DNA from: an uncultured Actinomycetota bacterium
GTDB taxonomy: Bacteria > Actinomycetota > UBA4738 > HRBIN12
Direction: 5' to 3'
DNA: 64,000 nt
Assembly (NCBI GenBank): GCA_963737525.1
Contig: CAVTTD010000040.1
Span: 11,337-75,336, forward strand
Shown piece by piece: positions 63,158-64,000 of this stretch (the first letter of the stretch is position 1; each line of letters starts with the position of its first letter). The position numbers and the translations under genes were made by a program. Below the pieces are notes generated by a model, which had not been told where the DNA came from, did no database searches, and saw only the letters and a program-made list of their open reading frames with translations.

Positions 63158-63266
63158 GATCGAGGGCCGTTCTCGCTGCATACCTTGAATCTGGGTGATC
63201 TGGCTGCTGAGGCGCCGTTGACGGCGCGGGACACCCCTCCTACGCTCATTGAGGAGAGGACGTTTT

Positions 63267-63737
63267 GTGCTGAAGGTCTCCCAGAAGCTCGAATACGCGA
63301 TGCGCGCCATGATCGAGTTGGCGGACGGTACGCACGCGGGCGTGCTCGTCCCGGCGCGGGAGATCGCGCTCCGGCAGCAGATCCCCGTCCGTTTCCTGGA
63401 GCAGCAGCTGGGCGCGCTCTCGAAGGCGGGCCTGGTGGAGAGCTTCCGGGGTGGAGGAGGAGGGTGCCGGCTCGCTCGTCCCGCGGAGGAGATCACCGTG
63501 GCCGAGATCGCGGATGCGATCGAAGGACAGATCTTCCCGATGTTCTGTCTCGAGCCCTCGGATCACACCTGCTTCCAGGACTCACGCTGTGGGCTGCAAG
63601 GCTTCTGGGCTGATGTCGCCAGAGCGGTGCAGGCGGTGTTCGCCGAGACGACGGTGGCGGACCTCTCGGCCCGCCACCGTCTCATGACCCCGGGGCCCGT
63701 GCTCGTCAGCCCCGAGCAGCTGTTGTCTCGTCCCTAG
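63267..63737 (+). CDS. Rrf2-family transcriptional regulator
   Basis: LKVSQKLEYAMRAMIELA, ...REIALRQQIPVRFLEQQLGALSKAGLVESFRGGGGGCRLARP (wHTH), Cys residues CLEPSDHTC...C that may ligate a cluster. GTG 63267 with a GAGGAGAGGA SD. Confidence 0.8.
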   Translation: MLKVSQKLEYAMRAMIELADGTHAGVLVPAREIALRQQIPVRFLEQQLGALSKAGLVESFRGGGGGCRLARPAEEITVAEIADAIEGQIFPMFCLEPSDHTCFQDSRCGLQGFWADVARAVQAVFAETTVADLSARHRLMTPGPVLVSPEQLLSRP

Positions 63738-63898
63738 GACGCCGCTACGTCCGCCTTGCCGAGGATCCGCATGACCTTGGTGCCGCACACGGGACAGGTC
63801 CCCGACGCGGCGTTCCGCCCGTTCTTGAGGGTGACGACCGTTCCCTCGAACTGACGCTTCGCCTTGCACTTCACGCAATACGCCTCGTACTGAGCCAC
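63734..63898 (-). CDS. Small zinc-ribbon protein (about 54 aa; DUF5679-like), absent from the ORF track
   Basis: Hand translation: (M)AQYEAYCVKCKAKRQFEGTVVTLKNGRNAASGTCPVCGTKVMRILGKADVAAS. CxxC...CxxC, GGGAGG SD upstream of GTG 63898. Its stop shares the CTAG with the Rrf2 stop. Confidence 0.6.
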   Translation of the reverse strand: MAQYEAYCVKCKAKRQFEGTVVTLKNGRNAASGTCPVCGTKVMRILGKADVAAS

Positions 63899-63915
63899 TC
63901 TGCCTCCCTTCCCCC

Positions 63916-63960
63916 CATCGTGCTCCGGAGCCGCCTCGATGGGCGGCTCCGAGCACGATG
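63916..63960. other. 19-bp imperfect hairpin (CATCGTGCTCCGGAGCCGCC / GGCGGCTCCGAGCACGATG)
   Basis: Read directly, with one bulged base and a 6-nt loop. On the minus strand it ends 18 nt upstream of the zinc-ribbon gene start, right before its SD. No U-tract. Confidence 0.5.
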
Positions 63961-64000
63961 GTGGCTCTGTCGTTCCACCTATGCAAGCACCCCGGGGCTC

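Overview
This is a visibly GC-rich bacterial chromosome segment. Its backbone gene order is the conserved actinobacterial one: topA-tmk-holB, then DUF2342 protease-tilS-hpt-ftsH-folE-folP-folB-folK, then panC-coaX-lysS, clpC, radA, carD-ispD-ispF and a SpoU methylase. The window also contains two tRNA-Thr genes. I saw no rRNA, CRISPR array, transposase or integrase. Several signalling and stress blocks are inserted into this backbone. (1) At the left edge, kdpD-kdpE is followed after 10 nt by a KimA-like K+ transporter. (2) A zinc-ribbon/adenylyl-cyclase/STAND-ATPase/TPR giant lies at 5.1-8.4 kb. (3) A 16-kb island (15.2-31.3 kb) sits between holB and tRNA-Thr. It holds three paralogous membrane GAF/HisKA_3 kinases, three receiver proteins (one fused to an adenylyl cyclase), four USP domains, a membrane cupredoxin, a USP-USP-Rieske fusion, a ferredoxin reductase, a stand-alone cNMP-binding protein and a USP-UbiB kinase fusion. 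(4) A cyclase/TM/beta-propeller protein lies next to a bacterial RIO kinase at 50.6-53.0 kb. The most interesting candidate system is the co-directional, almost gapless array at 21187-29096. It physically joins a response-regulator-cyclase and its kinase to a small redox chain and a cNMP receptor. One important caveat applies throughout. About one third of the genes, including essential ones, need one or more single-base frame switches to give their conserved protein. The junctions I could resolve are length changes in short mononucleotide runs. I therefore type these genes as pseudogene (as assembled) but consider sequencing or assembly indels the likelier cause. Most long antisense ORFs in the supplied track are GC-rich shadow frames and are not reported.
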